The position numbers were made by a program, and so were the translations under genes. Source: Polyangiales bacterium (GTDB taxonomy: Bacteria; Myxococcota_A; Polyangia; Polyangiales; Polyangiaceae). From it: a DNA stretch of 64,000 nucleotides. Location: positions 128,001 through 192,000 of the forward strand of contig JBBRLQ010000014.1 in assembly GCA_038231275.1 (NCBI GenBank), in the 5' to 3' direction. The notes below the pieces were generated by a model. That model saw nothing but the letters and a program-made list of their open reading frames with translations. It was not told the DNA's origin and made no database searches. Below are positions 48,912-58,282 of this stretch, in pieces (the stretch's first letter is position 1; each line of letters begins with the position of its first letter).

Positions 48912-51026
48912 ATGACGACCTCTCTCCGCGACCTCCAGGCGATCGAGCGCGCAGCCCACCGGGCCGAGCGTCGGCTCCGCCTGAGACGCGCGCTCGCGGC
49001 GGGGGCCAAGGCGCTCATTGGCGGCCTCGTCCTCGCGGGCGTCGCGATCGCGCTGCGCAAGGTCCACGTCCTCGGAGAAGGTCCCGCGCGCGCTGGCGTC
49101 GGTGTCGCCGCCGCGCTCGTCGTTGGTGTCACCCTCGCCGCGTACCTCCGCGCGCTCCCCCGTCGCGCCGGCGCCGTCGCCCTCGATCGCTTCCACGCGC
49201 TCTCCGATCGTCTCTCGAGCGCGCTCTCGTTCGGCGAGCTCCCCGAGGCCGAGCGCACGCCGTTCATGGACGCGGCGATCGACGACGCGCTCACGATCGC
49301 CGAGACCGTCGATCCGAGAAAGGCGGTGCCCCTCCGCGCCCCCAAAGATCTCGGCGCCGCCGGCGCGCTCGCGGTGGCCGTCGCCCTCATCTGCGTCTTC
49401 GAGGTGCGCGAGCACGTGAAGCTCGCCTCGCAAAAGACGATCGACGCCGTCGACGTCACCGCCGACGATCTCGACGCGATGCGCGAGTTCCTCCGCGAGA
49501 TGGAGCAGAAGCAGCAGAGCGACGAGGCCAAGGCCGCGACGCAAGAGTTCAATCAGCTCATCGAAGACCTCGCCGCCAAGCGCCTCGATCGCACCGAGGC
49601 CTTCCGCAAGATGCAGTCGCTCGAGGACCGCCTCCTCGAAGGTCGCGAGGCCGACGCGAAGGCCCTCGAAGAGGCGATGCAGAAGATCGGCGAGGAGATG
49701 AAGAAGGCGGAGCTCACCAAGCCCGCCGGCGAAGCCCTCGACAACAAGAACCTCGTCGACGCGGCGAAGCAGCTCAAAGACCTCGCCAAGAAGCTGCGCG
49801 AGCAGGGCGACAAGGTCGACAAGACGCAGCTCGAAAAGATGCGCGACGCGCTGAAGAAGGCCGCCGAGGATCAGTCGAAGCGCCAGGAGGCCCTCCAAAA
49901 GCGCCGCGAGGAGCTGAAGCAGTCACTCCTTCAGCAGCGCCAGAAGCAACCCGACGGCGGCGCGCAGACGGAGCAAGAGAAGTCGTTGCTCCAGAAACGT
50001 GAGCGCGAGCTCGAGCGCCTCGATCGCGAGACGCAGCAGCAAGAGCAAGTCAAACGCCAGCTCGATCGCCTGGATCGCGATCTGCAAAAAGCCGCAGAAG
50101 ATCTGATGCGCGATCTGGGCCAGGGCGCGAAGGACCTCGAGCAGAGCGCCGAGGACATCAACCGGATGTCCAAAGACCAGATGTCTCAAGAAGAGAAAGA
50201 GCAGCTCCGGCAGAAGCTCCAAGAGCTGCGCGAGATGCTTCGCCAGCAAGGCCAAGGCGGCCAGCAGCAGATGGTGCGTCTCCGCAAATTCCAACAGCGC
50301 GCGCGCGGCCAGTCCGGGCAGGGCGGCGATCCGCAGCAGGGCCAAGGCCAACAAGGTCAAGGCCAACAAGGCGACGGCCAGCAGGGCCAGGGACAACAAG
50401 GTCAGGGCCAGCAGGGCCAGGGTCAACAAGGCCAAGGTCAGCAAGGCCAAGGCCAGGGCCAGCAGGGACAAGGTCAGGGGCAAGGCCAAGGTCAGCAGGG
50501 TCAAGGCCAGGGACAAGGTCAGGGGCAAGGCCAAGGTCAGGGACAAGGCCAAGGCCAAGGCCAAGGCCAAGGCCAAGGTGGCTCCGGCGAGACGTGGATC
50601 CTCGGACCGAACGGCGAGAAGATCATGATGCTGTCGCAAGGCCAGGGTCAGGGTCAGGGGCAAGGTCAAGGCGGACAGGGACAGGGCGGTCAACCGAACC
50701 CGCGCGGCTGGGGCACCGGCTCGGGCGGCGCGGTGCAAGGTGGCGCCACCAACCCGAAGGTCGGCACGCAAGACACCCAAGTCGCGGGCAACGACACCGG
50801 TCAAGGAGGGAGCCGCAGCGAGGTCATTCGCGGTGCGGCGGAGAAGGGCTTCGCCTCGCGCGGCTACCAGAAGGTGTACCGCGAGTACCACTCTGTCGCG
50901 GAGGAGACGCTCAACAAGGACGAGATCCCCGGCGGCTACCGTTTCTACGTGCGCAGGTATTTCCAGCTCATTCGTCCGCGCGACGAGCAGGATCCCCAAG
51001 CTCCCCAAGCTCCCCAAGCTCCCTGA
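48912..51026 (+). CDS. Membrane-anchored coiled-coil protein with Gln/Gly low-complexity tract (DUF4175-like architecture)
   Basis: Three N-terminal hydrophobic helices, long E/K/Q/L heptad region, QG tract, C-terminal EIPGGYRFYVRRYF. Confidence 0.8.
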   Translation: MTTSLRDLQAIERAAHRAERRLRLRRALAAGAKALIGGLVLAGVAIALRKVHVLGEGPARAGVGVAAALVVGVTLAAYLRALPRRAGAVALDRFHALSDRLSSALSFGELPEAERTPFMDAAIDDALTIAETVDPRKAVPLRAPKDLGAAGALAVAVALICVFEVREHVKLASQKTIDAVDVTADDLDAMREFLREMEQKQQSDEAKAATQEFNQLIEDLAAKRLDRTEAFRKMQSLEDRLLEGREADAKALEEAMQKIGEEMKKAELTKPAGEALDNKNLVDAAKQLKDLAKKLREQGDKVDKTQLEKMRDALKKAAEDQSKRQEALQKRREELKQSLLQQRQKQPDGGAQTEQEKSLLQKRERELERLDRETQQQEQVKRQLDRLDRDLQKAAEDLMRDLGQGAKDLEQSAEDINRMSKDQMSQEEKEQLRQKLQELREMLRQQGQGGQQQMVRLRKFQQRARGQSGQGGDPQQGQGQQGQGQQGDGQQGQGQQGQGQQGQGQQGQGQQGQGQGQQGQGQGQGQGQQGQGQGQGQGQGQGQGQGQGQGQGQGQGGSGETWILGPNGEKIMMLSQGQGQGQGQGQGGQGQGGQPNPRGWGTGSGGAVQGGATNPKVGTQDTQVAGNDTGQGGSRSEVIRGAAEKGFASRGYQKVYREYHSVAEETLNKDEIPGGYRFYVRRYFQLIRPRDEQDPQAPQAPQAP
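50334..50693 (+). repeat. Gln/Gly coding low-complexity repeat
   Basis: 82 codons (50334-50579) all Q or G except one D, including caaggc x5; second QG tract at 50637-50693. Confidence 0.95.
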
Positions 51027-51029
51027 GCT
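50994..51029 (+). repeat. 9-bp tandem repeat spanning the stop codon
   Basis: ccccaagct x3 followed by ccctgagct, which carries the TGA. Confidence 0.9.
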
Positions 51030-51056
51030 CCTAATCCAAGACGAAAGACGAGAAAA

Positions 51057-52103
51057 ATGACGACCCACGAAAACGCCGCGGCCGTGCGCGCGGAGGTCGA
51101 GGAGTTCCGGGCCCACATCAACACGCTGCGGGACGAGATCGCCAAGACGATCGTCGGCAACCGCGAGGTCGTCGACGGCGTCATCACGTGCATGCTCGCC
51201 GGCGGGCACGCGCTCCTCGAAGGCGTCCCGGGCCTCGGCAAGACGATGCTCGTGCGCACGCTGAGCGAGACCTTGAGCCTCCAGTTCTCGCGCGTGCAGT
51301 TCACGCCCGATCTCATGCCGGCGGACATCCTCGGCACGACGGTCATCGACGAGACGCAGCAAGGCCACAAGGCGTTCGAGTTCCGGAAGGGCCCGGTCTT
51401 CACGAACATCCTCCTCGCCGACGAGATCAACCGCGCGACGCCCAAGACGCAGAGCGCGTTGCTCGAGGCGATGCAGGAGCACCGCGTGAGCGTCGGCAAG
51501 AAGACGTTCGTGCTCGAGGAGCCGTTCATCGTCCTCGCGACGCAGAACCCGCTGGAGATGGAAGGCACCTACCCGCTCCCCGAAGCGCAGCTCGATCGCT
51601 TCTTCTTCAAGCTCCACGTTCCGTTCCCGGATCGCGACGAGCTGCACGACATCCTCGATCGCACGACCGGCCTCGAAGGCACGCATCGCACCGCCGTCCT
51701 CGGGCGCGATCAAATCCTCGCGATGCAGAAGCTCGTGCGCCAGGTTCCGGTCGCCCGTCACGTGCAGGACTACGCGATCCGCCTGCTCCAAGCCGCGCAC
51801 CCCGACGGCCCCGACGCGCCCGATCTCGCCAAGCGCTTCGTCCGCTTCGGGCCCAGCCCCCGCGGCGCGCAGGCGCTCCTCCTCGCCGCGAAGATCCGTG
51901 CGCTCTTCGAGGGCCGCTTCGCCGCGAGCATCGACGACGTCCGCACCGCAGCGCTCCCGGCCCTCCGCCACCGCGTCCTCTTGAACTTCGAGGGCGAGGC
52001 CGAAGGCGTGAAGACCGATCAGGTGATCGAGTCGATCCTGAAGTCGATCCCCGAGACGAAGGCGGGCAGCACGGCCGCGGAGAAGACGGTTGGGGCTAAT
52101 TGA
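51057..52103 (+). CDS. moxR: MoxR family AAA+ ATPase
   Basis: GVPGLGKT, QFTPDLMPAD, LLADEINRATPKTQSALLEAM, ATQNP, PLPEAQLDRF. Confidence 0.95.
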   Translation: MTTHENAAAVRAEVEEFRAHINTLRDEIAKTIVGNREVVDGVITCMLAGGHALLEGVPGLGKTMLVRTLSETLSLQFSRVQFTPDLMPADILGTTVIDETQQGHKAFEFRKGPVFTNILLADEINRATPKTQSALLEAMQEHRVSVGKKTFVLEEPFIVLATQNPLEMEGTYPLPEAQLDRFFFKLHVPFPDRDELHDILDRTTGLEGTHRTAVLGRDQILAMQKLVRQVPVARHVQDYAIRLLQAAHPDGPDAPDLAKRFVRFGPSPRGAQALLLAAKIRALFEGRFAASIDDVRTAALPALRHRVLLNFEGEAEGVKTDQVIESILKSIPETKAGSTAAEKTVGAN

Positions 52104-53022
52104 CGCGCTAAGGAGATCCAAGCCGCCCGCCAAGCCCGCGAGCGACGACGATCTCTTCGACGACGAGTTCCAGCGAAAGCTCGACTACCTGGCGATCGTC
52201 AGCCGTCGTGTGTTCGCCGGCCGCATGCGCGCCGAGCGGCGCACCAAGAAGAGCGGCTCGGGCATCGAGTTCGCCGATCACCGCGAATACCAGCCCGGCG
52301 ACGACTTTCGCTACCTCGACTGGAACATCTACCAGCGCTTCGACAAGCTGCTCCTTCGCCTCTTCGAAGAAGAAGAAGATCTCGCCATCTACTTCATCGT
52401 CGACGCGAGCGCGTCGATGTCGTTCGGTGACGGCAAGAAGCTCCGCTACGCCAAGCGCGTCGCTGCGGCGCTGGCGTACGTCGGCCTCGCGAACCTCGAT
52501 CGCGTGAGCGTCGTCTCGACGAGCGACAAGGTGATGGAGCGCATGCAGCAGACGCGCGGCAAGGCGCGCATCTTCAAGGTGTTCCGGTTCTTGAAGGAGC
52601 TCGAGCCCGCCGGGCAGACCAACCTGGAGACGAGCCTCAAGGGGTTCGTCGCGCAGAACAAGCGGCGCGGCCTCGCCGTGCTCATCAGCGATCTCTACGA
52701 TCCGGCGGGCTTCGAGCGCGGGATCAACGTCCTTCGTTACAATAAATTCGATCCGTTCGTCGTCCACATCGTCGATCCGAACGAGGCGAAGCCCAAGCTG
52801 AACGGTGACGTGCTCCTCTACGACTGCGAGACCGGCGACGAGCGCGAGGTCACCGTCACCGCCAAAGTCCTCCAGCGCTTCACGGAAGTGCACGCCGAGT
52901 ATTGCGAAGAGATCGCGAAGTTTTGCACGAGCCACCAGGTGCCGTACACGCGCGCCGACGTGAGCGTGCCTTTCGACGAGCTCATCTTGCGCGTGTTCCG
53001 ACGCGGCGGATTCCTCCGATGA
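52090..53022 (+). CDS. DUF58 domain protein
   Basis: GSGIEFADHREYQPGDDFRYLDWN, DASASM, ISD. Confidence 0.92.
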   Translation: MGLIDALRRSKPPAKPASDDDLFDDEFQRKLDYLAIVSRRVFAGRMRAERRTKKSGSGIEFADHREYQPGDDFRYLDWNIYQRFDKLLLRLFEEEEDLAIYFIVDASASMSFGDGKKLRYAKRVAAALAYVGLANLDRVSVVSTSDKVMERMQQTRGKARIFKVFRFLKELEPAGQTNLETSLKGFVAQNKRRGLAVLISDLYDPAGFERGINVLRYNKFDPFVVHIVDPNEAKPKLNGDVLLYDCETGDEREVTVTAKVLQRFTEVHAEYCEEIAKFCTSHQVPYTRADVSVPFDELILRVFRRGGFLR

Positions 53023-54923
53023 TCTTCGCGGGCCTGCCGCTCGCCACGCTCCTCACGATCTTCGGGATCGTGGGGGCAGGCGTCGTGGGCCTGTACATCT
53101 TGAAGCTGCGCCGGCGCACCGTCGCCGTGCCGTTCTCGCCGCTCTGGCAGAAAATTTTGAAGGACAAGGAGGCGACGAGCCTCTTCTCCAAGCTGAAGCG
53201 GCTGCTCTCGCTGCTTCTTCAGCTCGCGCTCCTCCTCTTGCTGGTGCTGGCGCTCGGAGACCCGCGCGCGGCCGCGACGCTCATCAAGGGGCGAAACCTG
53301 GTGGTGCTCGTGGACGCGAGCGCGTCGATGCAGGCCACCGATGTCGCGCCGTCGCGGCTCGGCGTGGCCAAGGACAGAGTGCGGTCGATGATCCGCGGCC
53401 TCGGCGGCTCCGATCGGATGCTCGTCGCGCAGATGGACGCGATGATCACGCCGCTGGGGCCGATGAGCGGCGACACCGGCGAGCTCGAACGCGCGCTCGA
53501 TCAGGTGAAGGCCACCGACGCCCGTGCCGATTTTCCGCGCGCGCTTCGCTTCGCCGCCGACGCCCTGCGCGGGGTCGACAACGCGGAGATCGTGGTCGTG
53601 TCGGACGGCGTGCTCGGCGCCGCGGAGGACGCGACGGGCGGCGTGAAGCTCGGCGACACGCGCCTCTCGTTCGTCTCCGTCGGCACCGGCAAGCGCAACG
53701 TCGGCATCACGCAGTTCTCGGTGCGCCGCTACCCGCTCGACAAGAGCCGCTACGAGGTGATGCTCGAGGTCACCAACACGGGGCCCGAGCAAGAGGACAT
53801 CGAGCTCACCCTCATCGGCGACAAGCAGCCGGTCGACATCTTGAAGCTGCGCCTCAAGCCGGGCGAACGCCTCCCGCGTTTCTACCCGCAGCTCTCCGGC
53901 GCCAGCCGCACGCTCGAAGCGCGCATCAAGCCGCTCGATCGCGAGCACGACGATCTCCCCGCCGACGATCACGCGTACGCGCTCCTCCCCGAGCGGCGTC
54001 GCGCCAAGATCCTCGTCGTCACGACCGGCAACACGTACCTCGAGGCCGCGCTCCTGTTGGACGAGTACCTCGACGTCGAGGTCGTGGCCCCCGCGCAGTA
54101 CGCGAAGAAGGCGGGCGGCAAGTACGACGTCATCGTCTTCGACGGCGCCACCCCCGCGCAGCCTCCGCGCGCACATGCATTCTACATCGATCCGCGCGGA
54201 CCGGGCTCGCCCGTCAAAATCGGCGAGGAGCTGAAGCAACCCGGCTTCGACAAGCTCGATCGCAAGCACCCGATCATCCGCTTCACCGCGCTCGACGACG
54301 TGAACATCGCGCGCGCGCACAAGCTGATCCCGGAGCCGGGCGACAAGATCGTCGGCGCGTCCGCGGAGGGGCCCATCTTCGTCGCCGGCAGCCGCGCGGG
54401 CTTCAAGTTCGCGGTCCTTGGGTTCGATCTGCGCGAGGCCGATTTGCCGCTGCGCGTCGCGTGGCCGCTGATGCTGCTCGACGCGATCAACTGGTTCACC
54501 GAAGAAGACGCCGGGTACCTCTCCAGCTTCCGCACCGGCGACGTCTGGCGTGTGCCGGTGAGCACTCCTCAAGTGTCGGCGTCGCTCAAGCGCCCCGACG
54601 GCGAGATCGAGCAAATCCCAGTACACGAAGGCCGCGCGGTCTACCTCGGCCAACGCGCGGGCTTTTACGAGCTCACCGTGCCACAGGGCCAGCCCGGGGA
54701 CGGCACGCCCGCGATCGTCACGTCGTTCGCGGCGAATCTGCTCGACGAGGCGGAGAGCACGATCACGCCTGCCGACAAGCTCGAGGTCGGTGGCAAGCCC
54801 GCCGGTGAGCTCGCGACCTTCCACATCGGCGTCCGGCGTGAGATCTGGATCTACCTCCTCCTCGCCGTCGCGCTGCTGACCGCGATCGAGTGGGCCACCT
54901 ACCACCGCAGGCTCACCGTATGA
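53019..54923 (+). CDS. BatA-type N-terminal double-TM plus VWA domain membrane protein
   Basis: ATGA-coupled; LYILKLRRR..VPFSPLW, LALGDP, DASASM MIDAS, VSDG; C-terminal TM ending IEWATYHRR. Confidence 0.88.
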   Translation: MIFAGLPLATLLTIFGIVGAGVVGLYILKLRRRTVAVPFSPLWQKILKDKEATSLFSKLKRLLSLLLQLALLLLLVLALGDPRAAATLIKGRNLVVLVDASASMQATDVAPSRLGVAKDRVRSMIRGLGGSDRMLVAQMDAMITPLGPMSGDTGELERALDQVKATDARADFPRALRFAADALRGVDNAEIVVVSDGVLGAAEDATGGVKLGDTRLSFVSVGTGKRNVGITQFSVRRYPLDKSRYEVMLEVTNTGPEQEDIELTLIGDKQPVDILKLRLKPGERLPRFYPQLSGASRTLEARIKPLDREHDDLPADDHAYALLPERRRAKILVVTTGNTYLEAALLLDEYLDVEVVAPAQYAKKAGGKYDVIVFDGATPAQPPRAHAFYIDPRGPGSPVKIGEELKQPGFDKLDRKHPIIRFTALDDVNIARAHKLIPEPGDKIVGASAEGPIFVAGSRAGFKFAVLGFDLREADLPLRVAWPLMLLDAINWFTEEDAGYLSSFRTGDVWRVPVSTPQVSASLKRPDGEIEQIPVHEGRAVYLGQRAGFYELTVPQGQPGDGTPAIVTSFAANLLDEAESTITPADKLEVGGKPAGELATFHIGVRREIWIYLLLAVALLTAIEWATYHRRLTV

Positions 54924-57712
54924 ACCGCGAGCGCATCAAGCAGCTGGTGTACGGCGCGCTGATCGTCTTGGTCGGCGCGCTGGGGCTCTACCTCTACTTA
55001 CGGTTCGTCTGGTATGCGGGGCCGTCACTCACGCGGACGATCGGCGGCAAGGAGTACGAGCTCCTCTCGCCGCGCATGCTCGGGATCGGCCTGCTCGCGC
55101 CGTATTTCCTGTGGATGATCGGGCGAAGCCTCGCCGATCTGCCGATGGTCCAGCGCGTCCTGTCGGTGGCGCTGCGCGTCGCGTTCGTGCTGCTCGTCGC
55201 GCTCGGCCTCTCGCGCCTCGCGCGCACCGCCACGACGCAGAAGGTGTGCACGGTCTACGTCGTCGACGTGAGCGAGTCGGTGCCGGAAGAAGCGGTCGCC
55301 GACGCGAAGGCGGAGATCCAGAAGGGCCTCGCCGCGAAGGGCAAAGAGGATCTGGTTCGCGTCGTCACGTTCGCGCGTCGTCCGCACGTCGTGCCGATCG
55401 CCGACGACGCAACGACGGCGCCGGAGCTCGCGCGTCACGAGGCGCTGAACCTCGAGCCGGGCAAGAAGCTCGGCCTCGGCGCAGCGACCGACATCGCGAG
55501 CGCGCTCCAGCTCGCGTACGGCTTGTACCCGGCCGGGTACTTGCGGCGCGCGGTGGTCCTCTCGGACGGCGTGCAGACCGACGGTGATCTCCTCGCCGAG
55601 GCGAACCGCGCGCGCGGCTTCGGCGTGAAGCTCTTCACGATCGCCTACCGCCGTCCGGTGCCCGGCGAGGTCGCCGTCCGCGAGCTGCGCGCTCCTGACA
55701 AGATCCGCGTCGGCGAGCCGTTCGAGCTCCACGCCAGCATCTTCTCGAGCCGCCCGCAGCAAGCGAAGGCAGTGCTCAAGCAGGGAGAGGCGATCAACGG
55801 CCTCGACGGCGTCCGCACGCTGGATCTCAAGGCCGGCGAGAACGACGTGACCTTCAAGAGCATCGTCCGCGTCGCCGGCGAGGTCACCTACGCGCTCGAT
55901 CTGACCGACATGCCGGAGGATCGCTTCAAGGAGAACAACCGCTACGCCGTCACCGCGGCGGTGCCGGGCCGGCCGACCGTCCTCTACGTCGAAGGCAACA
56001 CCGCGCGCGCGAGCTACTTGTCGAGCGCGCTCTCGGCGCAAGAGTTCGAGGTCGACGTCCGCGCGCCGCGCGAGATGCCGCAGAGCCTTCGAGAGCTCGA
56101 ACGCTACGACTTCGTGATCCTCTCGGACGCTCCCGCCGACGCGGTGAGCCTCACACAGCAAGACGCGATCGAGGGCTACGTCCGCGATCTCGGGGGCGGC
56201 TTCCTCTTCGCCGGAGGCGAGAGCGGCTATGGCCTCGGCGGCTGGTACCACTCCACGATCGAGCGCATTTTGCCGGTCCGCATGGACGCCGAGAAGCGCC
56301 GCGACGAGCCCGGCGTCGCCATGGTGCTCGTCATCGATCGCTCGGGCTCGATGAGCGGTCTGCCCCTCGAGATGGCGAAGGCCGCGGCCAAGGCGACCGC
56401 CGACACGCTCTCGGGCGAAGATTTCCTCGAGGTCATCGCCTTCGACACGCAGCCCACGCGCGTCGTGAAGATGACCGCCGCCAAGCACCGCGCGCGCATC
56501 CAGAACGACATCGCGCGCATCCAGCCGGGCGGCGGCACCGAGATCTTCAGCGCGCTCGACGCGGCGTACCAGTCGCTCACGGTGACGCGCGCGCGCAAGA
56601 AACACGTCATCCTCCTCACCGACGGCCAAGCGCCGCAGAACGGCATCCGCGATCTCATCCAGGCGATGGCCGCCGAGTCGATCACGGTGTCGTCGGTCGG
56701 CCTCGGCAGCGGCGTCGACGAGAATCTCCTCCGGATGATCTCGGATCTCGGCGGCGGCCGCTTCTACAAGGTGCTCGATCCGCAGTCCTTGCCGCGCGTC
56801 TTCACGCGCGAGACCGAGATGGTGAGCCGCTCGGCCGCCGTCGAGGAGTATTTCCAACCCAAGCTCGTCACGCCCGCCGATTTTCTCCGCGGCATCGACA
56901 TCAACGCGGCGCCGTTCCTCCACGGCTACGTCGCGACCAAGATGAAGCCGACGCCCGCGCAAGAGATCCTCACGAGCGAGCTCGGCGAGCCGATCTTGGC
57001 GCGCTGGCACGTCGGGCTCGGGTGGTCTTTGGCCTGGACGAGCGACGTGAAGAACCTCTGGGCGGTCGAGTGGCTGCGTTGGCCGGGGTACGGGCAGTTC
57101 TGGGGTCAGCTCGTTCGCGAGCACATGCGCCAGAAGCGCCGTCAGCAGCTCGACATGCGCGCCGAGATCGATCCGGCGACCGGCCACGTGCGCGCGGCAA
57201 TCGACGCGGTCGGCCACGACGACAAATTCCAGAACGGCCTCGACGCGAAGTTCACCATCAAGGGGCCGCAGCCCGGCGGCGAGAGCAAGACGCTCCCAAT
57301 GCGCCAGACCGCGCCGGGGCGCTACGAGGCGGACTTCCCGATCGATCGCTACGGATCGTTCCTGCTGCACGCGAGCCTCGAGAAGCAAGTCGACGACGGC
57401 AAGGGGGGCACGCGGAGCGCCGCGGTCGCCGAGAGCTTCGGCCACGTGACGAACCCGTATCCGCGTGAGTACCTGGCGCTGGCGCCCGACGTGACGACGC
57501 TCTCGCGCGCCGCGCAGGTCACCGGCGGCAGGATCGATCCCGAGGCCAAGGCCGTATTCGATCCGGCGGGGGACAGCATTTCGTACCACGAGGATCTCTG
57601 GCCGCGCTTCATCCTCGCCGCGATCATCGTCTTCCTGCTCGACCTCGTCGTCCGACGCGTGCGCATCTTCGATCGCAAAAAGACGGCGCGTCCGAGCTTC
57701 GCCAAAGCCTAG
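54920..57712 (+). CDS. Membrane protein with two VWA domains and a glutamine amidotransferase-like domain
   Basis: ATGA-coupled; DVSESV and DRSGSM MIDAS motifs, YDFVILSD...GGGFLFAGG...YGLGGW, GLGWSLAWTSD; C-terminal TM plus RR. Confidence 0.88.
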   Translation: MNRERIKQLVYGALIVLVGALGLYLYLRFVWYAGPSLTRTIGGKEYELLSPRMLGIGLLAPYFLWMIGRSLADLPMVQRVLSVALRVAFVLLVALGLSRLARTATTQKVCTVYVVDVSESVPEEAVADAKAEIQKGLAAKGKEDLVRVVTFARRPHVVPIADDATTAPELARHEALNLEPGKKLGLGAATDIASALQLAYGLYPAGYLRRAVVLSDGVQTDGDLLAEANRARGFGVKLFTIAYRRPVPGEVAVRELRAPDKIRVGEPFELHASIFSSRPQQAKAVLKQGEAINGLDGVRTLDLKAGENDVTFKSIVRVAGEVTYALDLTDMPEDRFKENNRYAVTAAVPGRPTVLYVEGNTARASYLSSALSAQEFEVDVRAPREMPQSLRELERYDFVILSDAPADAVSLTQQDAIEGYVRDLGGGFLFAGGESGYGLGGWYHSTIERILPVRMDAEKRRDEPGVAMVLVIDRSGSMSGLPLEMAKAAAKATADTLSGEDFLEVIAFDTQPTRVVKMTAAKHRARIQNDIARIQPGGGTEIFSALDAAYQSLTVTRARKKHVILLTDGQAPQNGIRDLIQAMAAESITVSSVGLGSGVDENLLRMISDLGGGRFYKVLDPQSLPRVFTRETEMVSRSAAVEEYFQPKLVTPADFLRGIDINAAPFLHGYVATKMKPTPAQEILTSELGEPILARWHVGLGWSLAWTSDVKNLWAVEWLRWPGYGQFWGQLVREHMRQKRRQQLDMRAEIDPATGHVRAAIDAVGHDDKFQNGLDAKFTIKGPQPGGESKTLPMRQTAPGRYEADFPIDRYGSFLLHASLEKQVDDGKGGTRSAAVAESFGHVTNPYPREYLALAPDVTTLSRAAQVTGGRIDPEAKAVFDPAGDSISYHEDLWPRFILAAIIVFLLDLVVRRVRIFDRKKTARPSFAKA

Positions 57713-57745
57713 AGTGGGCGAGAACTGGCCCAGGCTCCGCGCGTC

Positions 57746-58126
57746 GTGTACGTGAAACGGGTGCGCCCGCGTTTTGCTCCTCTATTGTCGTGGCTGCTCC
57801 TCGCGGCGGTCACCACGGTCGTGGGGCTCGTCGCTTGCAGCGGCGGGTCCAAGGATCCGCCCCCACATCCGCCCGTGACCGCGGACTGCCAGCTGCCTCC
57901 CATCGGATCCGTGACGGGGCCGAAATGCCCGGGAATTTGCATCGATCAAGTGTCGTGCGACGGGTCGTCGCCGAGCTGTCCGGCGGGATTCAGGAACGAG
58001 GGCTCCTACGGCTGCCCCAACTCCGCGCTGTGCTGCTACTTCGACGCCGACGGCGGCGCGGAAGCGGGCGCCGACGCCTCCGTGGACTCGGCCGGCGTCT
58101 CCAGCGACGCGTCTCGGGCCGACTGA
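57746..58126 (+). CDS. Small Cys-rich lipoprotein with acidic tail
   Basis: Lipobox LVAC, eight further Cys, DADGGAEAGADAS tail; start uncertain. Confidence 0.6.
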   Translation: MYVKRVRPRFAPLLSWLLLAAVTTVVGLVACSGGSKDPPPHPPVTADCQLPPIGSVTGPKCPGICIDQVSCDGSSPSCPAGFRNEGSYGCPNSALCCYFDADGGAEAGADASVDSAGVSSDASRAD

Positions 58127-58282
58127 CGCGTTTGCGCGGGCGCAACGTCAGGCCTCGAAATGAGGCGTGGTGCGTCCCGCGAGGTCAGTGCTAAGAGGTC
58201 TCCCCCTTTTCACCCACCCTCCCGAGTCCTCCCGCGCGCCCGGCCCGCAACCCTTTGCGGCGCGGCGGCATCTAGGGAGAGG

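Noticed and set aside
50334..50693. CRISPR array or non-coding satellite
   Set aside because: The repeats are short, in-frame coding units without unique spacers, and no cas genes are present
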